Shown here piece by piece: positions 14,042 to 27,294 of a stretch of 64,000 bases of DNA. The notes beneath the pieces were generated by a model that saw nothing but the letters and a program-made list of their open reading frames with translations, made no database searches and had not been told where the DNA came from. The translations under genes and the position numbers were made by a program. The DNA lies in the NCBI RefSeq assembly GCF_006345805.1, contig NC_042997.1, positions 169,446,001-169,510,000 of the forward strand, in the 5' to 3' direction. The DNA is from Octopus sinensis (Eukaryota). The number at the start of each line of letters is the position of its first letter. Within the stretch, counting starts at the first letter, position 1.

Positions 14042-14458
14042 TACTCTTTTACTCTTTTACTTGTTTCAGTCATCTGACTGTGGCCAGGCTGGAGCACCAC
14101 CTTTAGTCAAGCAAATCGACCTCAGGACTTATTCTTTGTAAGCCTAGTACTTATTCTATCGGTCTCTTTTGCTGAACCACTAAGTTATGGGAACGTAAAC
14201 ACACCTGCATCGGTTGTCAAGCGATGTTGGGGGACAAACACAGACACACACACACACGCACACACACTCACACACACACTCACACATATACATATATACA
14301 ACAGGCTTCTTTCAGTTTCCATCTACCAAATCCACTCACAAGGCTTTGGTCAGCCTGAGGCTATAGTAGAAGACACTTGCCCAAGGTGCCATGCAGTGGG
14401 ACTGAACCTGAAACCATGTGGTTGGTAAGCAAGTTACTTATCACACAGCCACTCCTGT
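14042..14458 (-). mobile_element. tRNA-derived SINE family C with central (CA)n microsatellite
   Basis: Minus strand head aggagtggctgtgtg...gttcagtccc and tail gtaaaagagtaaaagagta. Related copies at 30400-30590(+), 33055-33695(-) and 47291-47739. Confidence 0.85.
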
Positions 14459-14727
14459 GCCTACAGATAAAGAAGTATAAAAATTATATGTTATATACAA
14501 GGTATTACAAAAATATATAGCTGATAAAGGAACAAAAAAAACATTATACACTATAGACAAGGTAGGAGAAGAAATAAAGAAACAGCATTCAGTATGAAAA
14601 AGAACATAAACATAATAACAAAAACAAAAGAAATACGAAGAAAAATTAAATGCATTTCAATTGGAAAGATAAATAGAACATGAAAATAAAAATAAGTCTC
14701 AAAGCAATTAAAGAAAGGCATGACAAA

Positions 14728-14858
14728 CAGCAGAGCTATATTTACAATAATGCAGAGCTATAGTTACACCAGGAAGTTATATCTGTAACACACTGCAGAG
14801 CTATATCTGCAAGAACACAGAGCTATATCTGTGACACACAGCAGAGTTATATCTGTCC
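14728..14858. repeat. Degenerate ~22-bp minisatellite, about 6 units
   Basis: Recurrent core cagagctatatctg. Confidence 0.8.
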
Positions 14859-15735
14859 AAAATTCACATTTGTAAAGAAAAATCTCATGTCAGGCACAGT
14901 TATATGTTTTGCTAATGACAAAAGCAACATGTTTTTCCTGAAGTCTTCAAAAGCGAAAGGTCACTGTTCTTTCTTCTTTCATGGCTTAAACAGAGCAGAG
15001 AGGGCCATATTTATTACCCTTTTTAAGGATCTTCATCTCTGGTGGATAATAAAAGGTAGGTATCCTCAGGTATAAAAACCTGGCTTCATTGCTTGCAACA
15101 GAGTGGACTCCAAAAAAATTCACCTGTGAACCAGTTGGTGATTTTTAACCAGGTGGCAAATTATGTCTTCAAGAATGCAGATGTCCCTAGGCTATTGCTC
15201 TATAGAAGATATACTGATGGTCACTGAATGAGATAGATTATAGGCTAAAACAGAAGCATAGTTTCAATGTCTTCTAACTTTATATTATATACCTGCTATT
15301 GCACCTCCCTCAGAAATATATTTCTGTGCATTGCACAACTCACAAACACTTTTGCCTATTAAAATGCAGATAATCTTTCTGGCCTTTTTGTCAAAGGATC
15401 CCCATCAAATTTGTGAAATCCTACCTGGCTACTCCTCAACAAAAATGGTTTAGTAAGCAATACTTCTGTCGAGAAAGCTATCATATCTGTAGGCTGCTAG
15501 ACATCTAACTGAATGCTGCATACACTAGGATAGGAAAAACTCCACCAAAATTCTTCATTCCATCAGGCCCACTTCCATGTGTACACATACAAAATATTAA
15601 AGAATCTGTAGTTACTCCAAACCAATATGCCCACCAAGCCCAATAGTGTTGTTTCCATTACACTTTAGTGCTAACCATTATCTATTTATAATATCGAAAT
15701 CGATCAACATCAATGGAAATTGCAGCTGTGATATA

Positions 15736-16108
15736 CCAGTGCCGGTGGTACGTAAGAGAACCATCTGAACGTGGCCATTGCCAGCGCCGCCCTGACTGGC
15801 CTCGTGCCGGTGGCATGTAAAATGCACCATCCGATCATGGCCGTTGCCTGCGCCGCCTGGCCCCCGTGCCGGTGACACGTAAAAAGCACCATCTGATCAT
15901 GGCCATTTGCCAGCCTCATCTGGCACGTAAAAAGCACCCACTACACTCACGGAGTGGTTGGCGTTAGGAAGGGCATCCAGCCGTAGAGACATTGCCAGAT
16001 CAGACTGGAACTGGTGCAGCCTTCTGGCTTCCCAGACCCCAGTTGAACCGTCCAACCCATGCTAGCATGGAAAGCGGACGCTAAACGATGATGATAATGA
16101 TGATGATG
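15736..16108 (+). mobile_element. SINE-like family A copy with 3 internal units
   Basis: Same body and (GAT)n tail. Confidence 0.8.
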
Positions 16109-16149
16109 AATATCTATCCCACTCTTTAGAAATGTTACAGTGTGTCCAT

Positions 16150-16900
16150 TCCTTAGAAGGGCTATCTCTCTGACCCTGCCAATTACCAGTCTATTGCTCT
16201 AACCCCCAAAATCTCGAAGATAATGGGGACAGTCATTGACAGCTCCCTTCTGTATTACCCTGAGTTTATCTCCTTCAGTATTAACCTCAAGTATAGGTTC
16301 TATGAAGCTACATCTATTATAGAACTTCTCCCTTATATTACCCACTTCAGTGAACCCTTACACTTGAGAAAACTATTGTTATCTCCATTCACCTCTAGCC
16401 TCTTGAATGCTTTCAATATATTTGCATCATCTCCTCTGTCAGCCCTGGTATGCTCTCAAATTCTGTTATATCACTCATACTTTCCTTTTCCATATACACT
16501 TTGTTGCTGTCCACTTCCATATAAATGTTTATATCTGCAAATGGGCATCATCCTCCTGTACCATGACATCTCATGATAAACTTTCCTTGCCTTCATCAAC
16601 AGTAGCTTGAAAGACATTCATCAACAGATACATGTCGACCTTATCTTCAAAATCACAAAGATACAATCATTGTTTATTTGAAAGAAGCATTCTTGTACCT
16701 TACTCTATTTTGTCTTAGACAACACAAACTTTAAAACTCTCAGCATCACATCAAATATCAGGCTTCACATTCTCTGTGTATTTTCATAGCATTCCTACAT
16801 GTAAACATAGCAAATATTTCATTCAAAAGACTAACCTTCTATTTCAAGGCCAGAAATGCTTTTGTTCTCAGCGGTTGATAATTCTAAGCAAAAGCTAAAT
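16150..16900 (-). mobile_element. Probable decayed RTE-type LINE 3' region
   Basis: Remnant LTEEMMQILKAFKRL...GEVL...LILKEINSG resembles the RTE post-RT region; weak. Confidence 0.3.
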
Positions 16901-17129
16901 GAGATCTATGACATAAAATTGATTCCACATCTGGGAGAGTACATCCACTTCTGGGACAGAACATCAACTACTCATATAAACATTCCAGACCAGCAGTTCT
17001 TAGACTCACTATTATTAGTTCCAATTCCACAAAAAAAGTATTAGAGAGATATTATTGTTCCCTCCCTCTTAATTAGTGAGACCCATATCCCACAGCAGAA
17101 GTACCTCTGTGTGTGTGTGTGTGTGTGTA

Positions 17130-17472
17130 AAAGGTAAAGGGCAAGGTAAAGAGTCCCTTTGGTCATGAATGACCATGGGATTGCACCAAGAAAGTTACTC
17201 TCCAAGGCACAAGTCCTGGCAAGGTTGTTTATGGCATACCAGTAGTCACCCGTGCATACCAGTTTTCCCTCTCCATGCCACCAATGTTATCCAAAGGAAA
17301 GGCAAAGGTCAATACAACTTGGTACCAGTTATGTTGCAACTCATTTCTGCAGCTGAGTGAACTGGAGTAATAAGAAATAAAGTGTCTATCTTAAGGACAA
17401 TGGCCCAGTCCAGTAATTGAACTCTCTACCTCATGATTATGAATCTAGTGCTCTAACCACTGAGCCATGCAC
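17130..17472 (-). mobile_element. tRNA-derived SINE family D
   Basis: Minus head gcatggctcagtggttagagc and tail cctttacc. Related heads at 6645-6785(+) and 47930-48120(-). Confidence 0.65.
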
Positions 17473-17782
17473 CTTCACATGTATGTATGGATGTATGGTA
17501 ATTTGGCCACACCCTTTTCAGTCTTCACAGACACCACACCCCACCATCAAGGGAGGGAACCTATCCTCACTACCCAAGAAAACCACTACACTAGCTCGCA
17601 TAAAAGAAACATCTCCAACTGAATAGTACAGAGTCACTCACCAATACACTTCCAGTTCTAACTCCCTTGTGGTCACACTGTCTCTTCACTTCTCTACTTA
17701 TTCTTCTACTATTTCCATGTCCTCTGCTCTTCAGAGGGAAACTTACCCAATATATCCATTTTTCTTTCTTTTATGACCTATA

Positions 17783-17784
<2 letters not shown>

Positions 17785-17819
<35 letters not shown>

Positions 17820-18092
17820 TGTGAGAGAAAGAGAGAGAGAGTGTGTGTGTGTGTGCACGTGTGTGTGAGAGAGAGTGTGTGTGTGTGTATGAGTGTGTGT
17901 ATATATCTGTGAGAGAAAGAGAGAGTGTGTGTGTGTAAGAGAGAGAGAGATAGAGAGTGTGTGTGTGTGAGAGAGAGAGAGCGTGTGTGTGTGAGAGAGA
18001 GTGTGTGTGTTTGAGAGAGAGAGAGTGTGTATGTGTGTGTGAGAGAGAGAGGGGGCGTGTGTGTGTGTGTGTATGAGTGTGCGTGTGTCAGA
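17785..18092. repeat. Compound (GT)n/(GA)n microsatellite
   Basis: Seen directly. Other (TA)n/(CA)n tracts at 2430-2475, 2706-2945, 11240-11325, 20840-20975, 28525-28670 and 47493-47542. Confidence 0.95.
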
Positions 18093-18986
18093 GGCAATAC
18101 TAACTATTTTGTCCAGTTGCCCTTGCCTTAAACGTTTGTGTTTAGGAATTCTTTCTTGTTATTCCTGCAGACTTTGATTTACAGTCATTCAAAAGGAATA
18201 TCAACTGCAGAAATCTCATTAGTCTTGAAGGGTCTGCAAAGGTCAAGTTCCAGTAGCTCCTTCTTTCTAACCCCCCCCCCCCCCCAAAAAAAAATACAAT
18301 ATCTGATACTCTATCTTTGAGCTCTAGAATCACATCTTCTCTACATATTTAGAGGTGAAGAAAGAAGAGGAGGGGGAAAGGGAGGGAGAGAAGAAGAAGA
18401 AGAAGAAGACGACAATGATGATGATGATAATGACGACGACGATGATGATGACGACGACGATGATGACGACGACGATAATGGTGATAATGGTGATGTTAAA
18501 ACTAATTTGTATAGGCAGGGATATTAAATTAATCATCCAGATATATCATTGTTAACGACCATCAGGAAAATATATCGCTCCTAATTAATGTATCAATTCC
18601 AAAGGATGACATTATATCGGTGAAAGAAATAAAGAATCTATTAAAATTTAAAGACCAGGAAATAAAAATAATTATGTCAGGACTGAAACACAAAGAAATC
18701 TCATAATAGTAGGTGTTCTGGGAATGATTAAAAGGATTTGTAAATAAGTAAATATTACATTCATTCATTCATTCATAATACAAGAAATTTGATATGAAAA
18801 ATCAGAGTCGAAATTGGTAGGAAATATTTATACTCACACATACACAACATACAGAATATAGAACCACTATGTACTGTACGCATATAGTGTACAAGACTCT
18901 GGAAAAAGCAGAAGTATGAAATAAAGGTAATACTCTTGAAATGATGATAAATGAATTAATGAAGTCACACTGTATGGTTTTGTATT

Positions 18987-19195
18987 AACCATTTAGCATT
19001 TAATCCACTCATATCTGGCCCAAATATTCTGCCTTTTTATGTTAAATCTGACCGGATTCAACCTCTCACACCTATCCTACAATGTAATTCTACAAATATA
19101 CAAACATATCATTGAAATCTTGAAATTACAAGATAATGCATGAGTAGTTCAAAACAATGTGAATTAATAAGCATCTTGGATACTTAAGAGTTAAT
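18987..19195. mobile_element. Second TTAA-flanked MITE family (related copy at about 44830-45048)
   Basis: ttaaccatttagcatt...aagagttaa. Shares internal motifs (aaaacaatgtgaa...aataagcat) with the 44.9-kb copy. Confidence 0.5.
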
Positions 19196-19227
19196 TTATT
19201 TCACTTACTTTCTGTAATAAATTGGCT

Positions 19228-19612
19228 ATTTATTATATAAAATCCGTTCTGTCTGTGTGTGTCTTCTTGGATCTCAGGCATCCTCCATCCGATTGCGCTC
19301 AAATTTGATATGTAGATATCGATGGTATTAGGGCGTGTATAAGTCTTTAAAAAATTACAAAAATCAATTCCAGGTGAGAATGCGATTGATAAAGCTGTGG
19401 GAACATGCATTTGGATGTGCAAGTACATCAGCTGTTGTGATCGATACTACGCGTATGCGAGAAAAATGCACGGTGTCTCAAATTTAGGTTAAATCAGTGT
19501 TTCTCAAAGGGGAGGCCTATGGGACGGTCGGATAAATTGTTTTGAGAAAATTTGGTTTAAATGTTTGACAACTCAGCACCATCCATTGAACGAGGGTGGG
19601 CGTTTTGCTTGT
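19228..19612 (+). mobile_element. Possible non-autonomous Helitron-like element
   Basis: Begins tattatataaaatccgttctgtctgtgtgtgtc, then ccgattgcgctcaaatttg; the end gggcgttttgcttgt resembles a decayed CTAG terminus. Confidence 0.4.
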
Positions 19613-19950
19613 TAGCTATAAAGCTGATATTCCTGTAGTAGACATATTAAATCAAGAAACTGATGAACTACTGATATTTAAGGTTGACACATCACCAACT
19701 TAGCCCTTTCTGATGAACGCTCATGAATATAAAAATCCCTAAACAAGTTTACTTTGCAAATCTAGTGTTGGTAGCATATGACTTCCATTTCTTATGGAGG
19801 GAAAGAATGTCATTGAAATCTTCCTTTTTAATGAAGATGCTCATGATAGGGCTAAAGGCTCCTCTCTACTCTGTATCAGTTCTTATTCAGAGTTATTGCA
19901 CTCCTAAATGTTTTAGCCTATGATGTGGTTTCAGAGTTCACATTTCTTAA

Positions 19951-20158
19951 CCTTTTGATACCAACCCGGCTCTGGCTCTGTAGTACAAGTGTCTTGTCTT
20001 CATAAGTTTTGAAATAAAATCTTCCACTGAACCTTAGTCACAATTTATGTTCCTAACACCAGCTTAATAACTAAGTTGTTTTACTAAATTCTTTGTTATA
20101 TTTAAAATTAATTGAAAGAAACACAGAGCATCTCAAAATAAATACGGTAACAAAAAGG
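19951..20158. mobile_element. 208-bp piggyBac-type MITE (copy 2)
   Basis: TTAA TSD; same length and sequence family as 13469-13676. Confidence 0.75.
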
Positions 20159-20446
20159 TTAAGTACATTCCATTTTTAGATTGGATGCCCTTTCTGTCAC
20201 TTATCTCTTTACAAAAGGGATTGGATATGTTATATAAAGCTATTGGCACTAAAAAGTGGTAGGATTAAAGAGTCCCATTTAACTTTTGTTAGGTCTTATT
20301 CCCAGTTACCTGTTTTCTTAGGTGGGTTGCCAGTGATGCAGCTAGCAGAATCCATTGGCTAATCCTCTAGTCACCATTTATGTTTCTTTTCCTTGCTGTG
20401 CTTTGACCATCAACATCAAAAAAATCAAATGGAAATTGTAGTTGGG

Positions 20447-20760
20447 ATACCTGTGCCGGTGGCACGTACAATGCACCATCCGTACGTGGCTGATCCCATT
20501 GCCGCCTTGACTGGCTTCCGTGCCGGTGGCACATAAAAATCACCATCCATACGTGTTCGATGCCAGCGCCGCCTTGACTGGCTTCTATGCTGGTAGCATG
20601 TAAAAAGCACCCAATACACTCACGGAGTGGTTGGCATTAGGAAGGGCATCCAGCTGTAGAAACACAGCCAGATCAGACTGGAGCCTAGTGCAGCCTCCTG
20701 GCTTCCCAGACCCTGGTTGAACTGTCCAACCCATAAAAGCATGGAAAACGAACATTAAAC

Positions 20761-20803
<43 letters not shown>
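20447..20803 (+). mobile_element. SINE-like family A copy with 2 internal units
   Basis: Same body and a long (GAT)n tail. Confidence 0.8.
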
Positions 20804-20804
<1 letters not shown>

Positions 20805-21479
20805 CATATATATTTTCATGAAATTAGGGTATGGGCTTAAATACATGCTACATCACACACACACACACACACACATCACACACACACATCACACACACAT
20901 CACACACACACACACAGAGAAACACACACACAGAGAAACACACACACATACACACACATATACACACCACACACATATTCTCAGAAGAACTGTTAAGCAA
21001 TATCTTATATTTACACCAATAAACTTGAAAAAATATCTTAGAACAATTTCATAAAGCATTTTGATAAAAAGTAAATAGTTTTATGGAGAATCTTTATCCA
21101 ATATATCAGCCTGAAGCTAAAACTCAGGTATCTCTTCCAAACATACCAAAAAAATATATTAATCAAATGCTCAAACCCTGCAGATATATTGAATGTCTTT
21201 CAACATGCATATTTTTTCTGGGAATTTACAGATTATATTTATTTATTTAATGCCACCATTTTTTGAAAAAAACATACTTTGCAACTTCTTGACAAAATCA
21301 ACCATTTGACATAACTAAATGAAAGACATTTTTAGTCATCTTCGACATGCTGCTTTCTTTGGATGAACACACACGCACACATACACACACATACACATAC
21401 ACGCACCCATGCACGTACACACACACACACACACACACCATGCACACAACACACACACATACAGTATCCTCATCCACTG

Positions 21480-21955
21480 TGTCTGCTATTACCTTTGTTG
21501 GTAACAAAGAGCCACTCCTTCAGAGTGAATGATTGTATAATGCTAGTGTATGAACAGCAATACTGCATGGTAGTGAAACATGGGCCGTGAATGCAGAAGA
21601 CATGTGGAGAGACTTGAAAGAAATGAAGTCAGTATGCTCCACTGGATGTGTTCAGTGTACTTGCACAATGAAATATAAATGTGTTGAAAGAAAAACTGTG
21701 TATAACAAGTGTCAGACATGGTGTGCAAGAGAGAAACTGTGTTGGTATGGCATTGCAAAGTATATGGATGAAGACAGCTGCATAAAGTGCTGATTACTAA
21801 ATGTGGATGGAACCTGGGGAAGAGGAAGACCCAGGAAGATGTGGGATGAAGTGATGAAAAATGACATTCAGATGTTGAGCCTCACAGAGTAGATGACAAA
21901 AGACCAAGATGAGTGGTGATCTGCTGTGCTTGAGAAGACCTGTCCATCTGAGTAA
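21480..21955 (+). mobile_element. RTE-clade LINE 3' end relic
   Basis: LLPLLVTK...AILHGSETWAVNAED...LERNEVSMLHWMC...WYG...MDEDSCIK...GRGRPRKMWDEVMKND. Confidence 0.75.
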
Positions 21956-21982
21956 AAATATAACCCTAAAGGCACATCATTT

Positions 21983-22002
21983 ATAATAATAATAATAAAA
22001 AT

Positions 22003-22058
<56 letters not shown>

Positions 22059-22545
22059 AATTATTGTATACAGTGCTCAGGTGCACCACAACTTGTCAAA
22101 AGTGCATATAAAGTATATGCAGTAATGTACAAATGTCTGAAAAGCAAACAGTGTATGAGTCAGAGACATGCTTGCATGTGTATGGAGGGGAGAAAATCAG
22201 GGGTAGTGTTGGCGAATCTCAGGAAGCATGGAAGTTTTGAAGGATGCAGTGCTCCAACAACTAACAACTAATGCTGGCAGTTTGTTCCATGCTTCAGCAA
22301 CTCTTAGCGTGAAAAAATGTTTCCGAAAGTCATGGGAGCTGTGCTGTTTTCTGACTTTGTAAACATGTCCACAGGTGTTAGACAGGTGGAGTTTGAAAAG
22401 GTGCTCAGAGTTATTATTTGTAAGATGGTTAATAATTTTATGGGTGTCTGCCAAGTCCGCTGCCAGATGTCAGACTTTCAATGTATCCATGCCCAGGGAA
22501 GTTATGGGGTTCAGAATATGTCTATGCTCCTACACACAATCTGTA
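21983..22545 (-). mobile_element. CR1/L2-type LINE 3' end with (ATT)n tail
   Basis: ORF 22197-22454 DTHKII...TCGHVYKVRK...RKHFFTLRVAEAWNKLP...FK is the typical CR1 C-terminus. It ends in a trinucleotide tail at 21983-22056. Confidence 0.8.
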
Positions 22546-25393
22546 ATTGACAAATCTCTCCCGCACAACTCATCTTCTTAACACCCTCTCTCTCTCCACC
22601 CACACATTGAATTCCCCTCCCTCTATCACCCACTCTGTTTTTGCACTTTTTCAAACTTACTACACACAATCTGGATCTGACGAGGCTCTCTCTCTCTCTC
22701 TCCCCAGCAACTCATGTTCTGAACCATCCTTCCTCCACCTGTATTCATTCACTGCATTTTGCTCCCCACTATCTCCCATCTACCAACTGGAAAAAGAAAG
22801 AGAAGAGAGAGAGAGAGAAAATGGTGAAGAAAATGTGTCAGGGTATACGCTCAACTTACATGGAGAGGTATATAAGTGAAGAGATGAAGAGGATTAGATT
22901 TGGTAAGTGGGCAGAATCATTTAGATGGATTAATACTCAAAAGCCTAAAAGAGGTCAAAACTGGCTTCTCTTCCTTCTTTTCATTGACACCAAAAGACTT
23001 TTTCAACAATGGAATTTTTTTTTTAAATGATGTGTAGATAGAAGGAAGTCATCAATAATGAAGGAATTATATACAGGATTAAATTTTAATAAAATGTAAA
23101 ATTAGATCACTTTTTTCCCCACATCCAAAATTCAGACACTACTTATGGGATGACCTGATATATCAGTATGTTGAATTTTGGTTTGTAAATTGCTTATTAA
23201 TAAGCTTTCTATAGTTGTCCTCATTTTTTAATAACAAACAGCAATGCAGTCAAAATACAAAGAGGTTGAATTTAATTTACCCTGCGAGTCCCATGAGACC
23301 TTTAGTAATAAAAGTGTTATAAAAAACTGTATTAGCATATTATCTATTCTTATTTTAGTTGTGCTCCATAAAGGACAATTACTTGTTTGAATTTGTTGCT
23401 GGAATGATTTCATTTCATTTTCATTGCTCTCAGGAAAAGCACTAAAACTTGCCATCCACTCTCTCATAAAAAATATCCCAGGTTTTGTTGCTGTTTGAGA
23501 AATATACACAAATGAATATCATAGAGTACAGGTAAGCTCTTAGTATACTTTGTATACTTAGTATACTTGGTATACTAAGTATACTATGTATGCTTGGTAA
23601 GCTCTTAGTATACAATGTTCACAGCCAAGTTTCTATTTCCATTAAGCCATTTCATTTTACTCACATTTCTAATATACTCCAGCCAGGCATGAACATTATA
23701 AGTTCCGTTTTTCCTTCTCTTATAAAATATCCAGACCCTATGGGCATATAAGAAACAATCACTTGTCTTGATTTCTTTATAAATCTTTTTGATATGATAA
23801 CCTTTAGCTGCTTGTAAATATTTGACAAATAAATCAGTTGTTCAAATAATTAATTAGTTCAAACTAAGTAATCGTTATTTTGGCATGCTTGGCAATTTGT
23901 TTTGTTTATTGTTTTCTTTTTGCTTTTCTAATTATCATCCAATATTTTATTTTTCAAACTGAAAACCACCAATAATGCGATGGAGCAGCAACATCATAAA
24001 AGCAACGCATACAATGCCTTGTGGTATTCAGTCACATCCCTTTACATTCTACAAAGTTCAAATCTGCAAAGGTCAGCTTTGCCTTTTATCTTCCTGGTGT
24101 CGATTTAATAGATTGTACCATCTCCCATCTGATGAAAAAATTATAGCTTTGTACCAATAATACCAAAATATTAAAACTATCTGAAGCAATACAATAGATT
24201 TTACTTCTGAAGTTTTTTTTTTCTTTTTTAAGTGTGCTTCATTGAGCAAATATATTATTAGTATCACTATAAATTAGTGAGTCTATCACTAAGTTTTATT
24301 AATTCATTAGCAACTGATGATCTGATGAAAGCAATTGAATTGGCATGTTCAATACTTGTTGTTGGAATGTTGTTCACAATAGAAATCTGGTTGTAGAGAA
24401 TATCTTACTAGAGATGGTATATTATATTAATATTGATTTCTTATATTAGAATAATACAATCACAGCTGCTAAAGTCAATCAAGTGATTGGCAACCAGCTA
24501 TCCAAATGATAAAAACACTTAGCACCCATTGGCTCATTTCAGTATTTGTTCTGTAAATGGGAATTATTGGTAGTTAATATAAACAGCAGGAGCACTGTTT
24601 AATTAAAAAGTGTTTCATTAGTGCACAATCCTAAGTTCAAACATGCTATAGGCCTGAAAAAAATCTCCTGAAACTAGCTTTCTGAAATCTTGTCGATAAC
24701 ATTGCAAATAAAATGAAACTTCACACTTTGAAAGTGTACTGTGTGACTTTTAGTAATAGAATTTTCTTTGACTCTGAAGATTTTCACAAGTCTATTTCAT
24801 GTGTTAAAATACTGGTGGTGGTGGTGATGATGTTGATGACAATGGTGACAACGACAATGATAATCATTTAAACCAATACCTTTATCAATTTCATAAAGCT
24901 TATATATCATTCTTTTAATTTTTTTTTAATCTTTCATCACTAAGCAAATAATATCACCAATATAATCCAATTCTGCCAAATTCTTTTCATAAACCCATTC
25001 ACTTACCTTTTCTTTTATCATCAGTTGTTTCCTTCAAGCCATAATTTATTAGAATAGCAAACAAGAGGACCAAATGGATTACACTCCCAACTTCAAATTT
25101 GTTTGAGACCTACTTGTCTATGTTTACCTGACATTATTTTCTTCAATGTATTGCATTGCTTAGATTGACATAATTTTCAATCTATAAGTTTATGTGCACA
25201 ACCAAAGGCATTTTCATGGTCTACAAAAGCCATTATCAGGTGTTACTTGAACCTGGTGTATTATTATATAATATATCTGAACAAGAATATCTGGTCAATA
25301 CCTTTTATTTACCAGTTGCTTACTTGTTTATTGTTTAGTATATTTTACTAAAGCAATCTCTAACCAGTGCAAGATACCCAAACTTTGGGTATA

Positions 25394-25866
25394 CAGTATA
25401 CCCCCACTTATTCGCAGTTCAGCATTCATGGTCCTGGTTATTTGCGGAACTAATAATTGTTTGCAGAAACCACCGCATATTTGCAGAATCATAAATATCA
25501 TCTGTGATTTTTTATAGCCTTTTTCATGGCAATATATACTTTTTCACACTTTTTAAGGCTAAATTATTAATATTAATATACCGTATTTGCTGGTTTACAG
25601 GATGCCTCTTTGCAGCTGAAGGTCCCTCTGATTAGAATAGCCACACACCATGTCGCATGATTTTTTTTAGATACAAGTACACTGTATCTTGTATCTCTTA
25701 TTCCTGCTTTCAATCAAAGCTTGCTAATTAGTATGGTGACTACCAGGACATTTTTAAAAGTCATCACTACATTTGATCATACATATTGTTTCTTTTCGAC
25801 AGGATAATTTTTAAGGTCATGAGCCAATATAGCCTCATTGAAATTGGGTTACTTGCTGGTCCTCTC

Positions 25867-25908
<42 letters not shown>

Positions 25909-26980
25909 TTTTAGTATAGATTACTGCATCTAGTGGTAATACAAACTAAATTTTTCAAAACCATGATTATTTTTAATCTCTACTCAATCTCTCATTGGTG
26001 GTATGTGCATATTAGATGCAATGAAGATTTTCTGTATCCTTCAAGGCACTTTAAACTCGGAACTCTCTCCAACACTTTGTGGGTGAGATGGATTCAGACA
26101 AGAATTTCAAGTTAAAGGAGTACTGGCATAACTTCACGATCACAACATGCTTGTCAGTCATCCACGCGCTCTTAAAGAATGGAAAAAGAAGCCCTCATCA
26201 TATGCTGGAAGAAGGTGTGGCCAGAGTGTGTCCAGGACTACAAGGGCTTCTCACTTGAAGATATTCAGCATGAGGCTGTCAACAATGCAGTGAAACTGGC
26301 AAAGGTACTTTGCGGCAAAGGCTTTGACAACATCACGCAAGATGAGATCAACAACCTCATCGATGCCCACTCTGAAACCCTGACAAACAAAGATTTGTTG
26401 GAGTTAATGAAGTCTGCCAGTAAAGAGGAGGAGGAAGTGCCAAATCCAGAGGAAGAGGAGGATGAGGTGTGCCTGGCAATCAAACGTTTGTCTGGCCTTT
26501 TAAGGACAGCAAAGGAATTGCAAGGGAAGGCGGAAGCATGGGATCCCTATGTGGCTCAATCTCTCCAATTTGATAATGTCATCGATGCTGCCATGCAGAC
26601 ATATAAAACTCTCCTCACTGGCATGAAGAAACGACAGCAACTTCTCATCACAATGTTCCTCAAACCCAGCCAGAAAGCTTGCACAAAGATACGACATCCC
26701 CTAAAACACCTGAAGAGCCTTAAATCTTCTTTCCTGTGTGGTCATTACCTTCATTATTTTCATCATCATTGTCTTAAATCAATATCATTCATTATTGGTG
26801 ACTAACAGTACATTTTACTTTAATTTTTATTAAATTATTATTAAATATCATATATATATATTTATATTTTACATTATATTTTGACATTTATAGGCATTTT
26901 TATGGACCACGTCCAATATTCGCGGTTTTATTACCCGGTACTCAAAGAACATAACCCCAACAAATACCGGGGGACTACTG
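25394..26980 (+). mobile_element. Internally deleted Tigger/pogo element with transposase C-terminal ORF (26179-26805)
   Basis: TIRs cagtatacccccacttattc / caaataccgggggactactg and TA TSD. CWKKVWP...GFDNITQDEINNLIDAHSETLTNKDLLEL...WDP is a TIGD1-like C-terminus. Confidence 0.85.
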
Positions 26981-27219
26981 TATGTTGATTTCATCATTAT
27001 CACTTAGGGTATATTTTTCTGTGCTTGCATGGATAGGACAGAGTCTGTTGAAGTCATCACCCTCACCTATTTCCTGGCAAGGTAATAAATACTTTCCCAT
27101 GGCCAGTCACACTTTTCATGGAAGACTGGAAACAAACAATCTTACTTGTATAGTTATGATGCTCATTTATAATCATCAGGCAATAGCCAAAGATAAACAC
27201 ACATGTGCATGCACACGCA

Positions 27220-27252
<33 letters not shown>

Positions 27253-27294
27253 CACACAAACACACACACACACACACACATGGACGTATATATA

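Noticed and set aside
13292-15312. TRIM/LTR retrotransposon
   Set aside because: No complete TG...CA ends, PBS, PPT or TSD; kept only as a direct repeat.
18171-18241. Candidate + strand exon (strong acceptor, open frames, weak donor gtcaag)
   Set aside because: No recognisable peptide and no compatible neighbouring exons.
25006-25110. Candidate minus-strand exon ending in G|gtaagt
   Set aside because: Poor acceptor, no protein match, and no chain of exons could be built.
26179-26805. 208-aa ORF as a host gene
   Set aside because: It is the C-terminal part of a Tigger/pogo transposase, frameshifted upstream and enclosed by TIRs.
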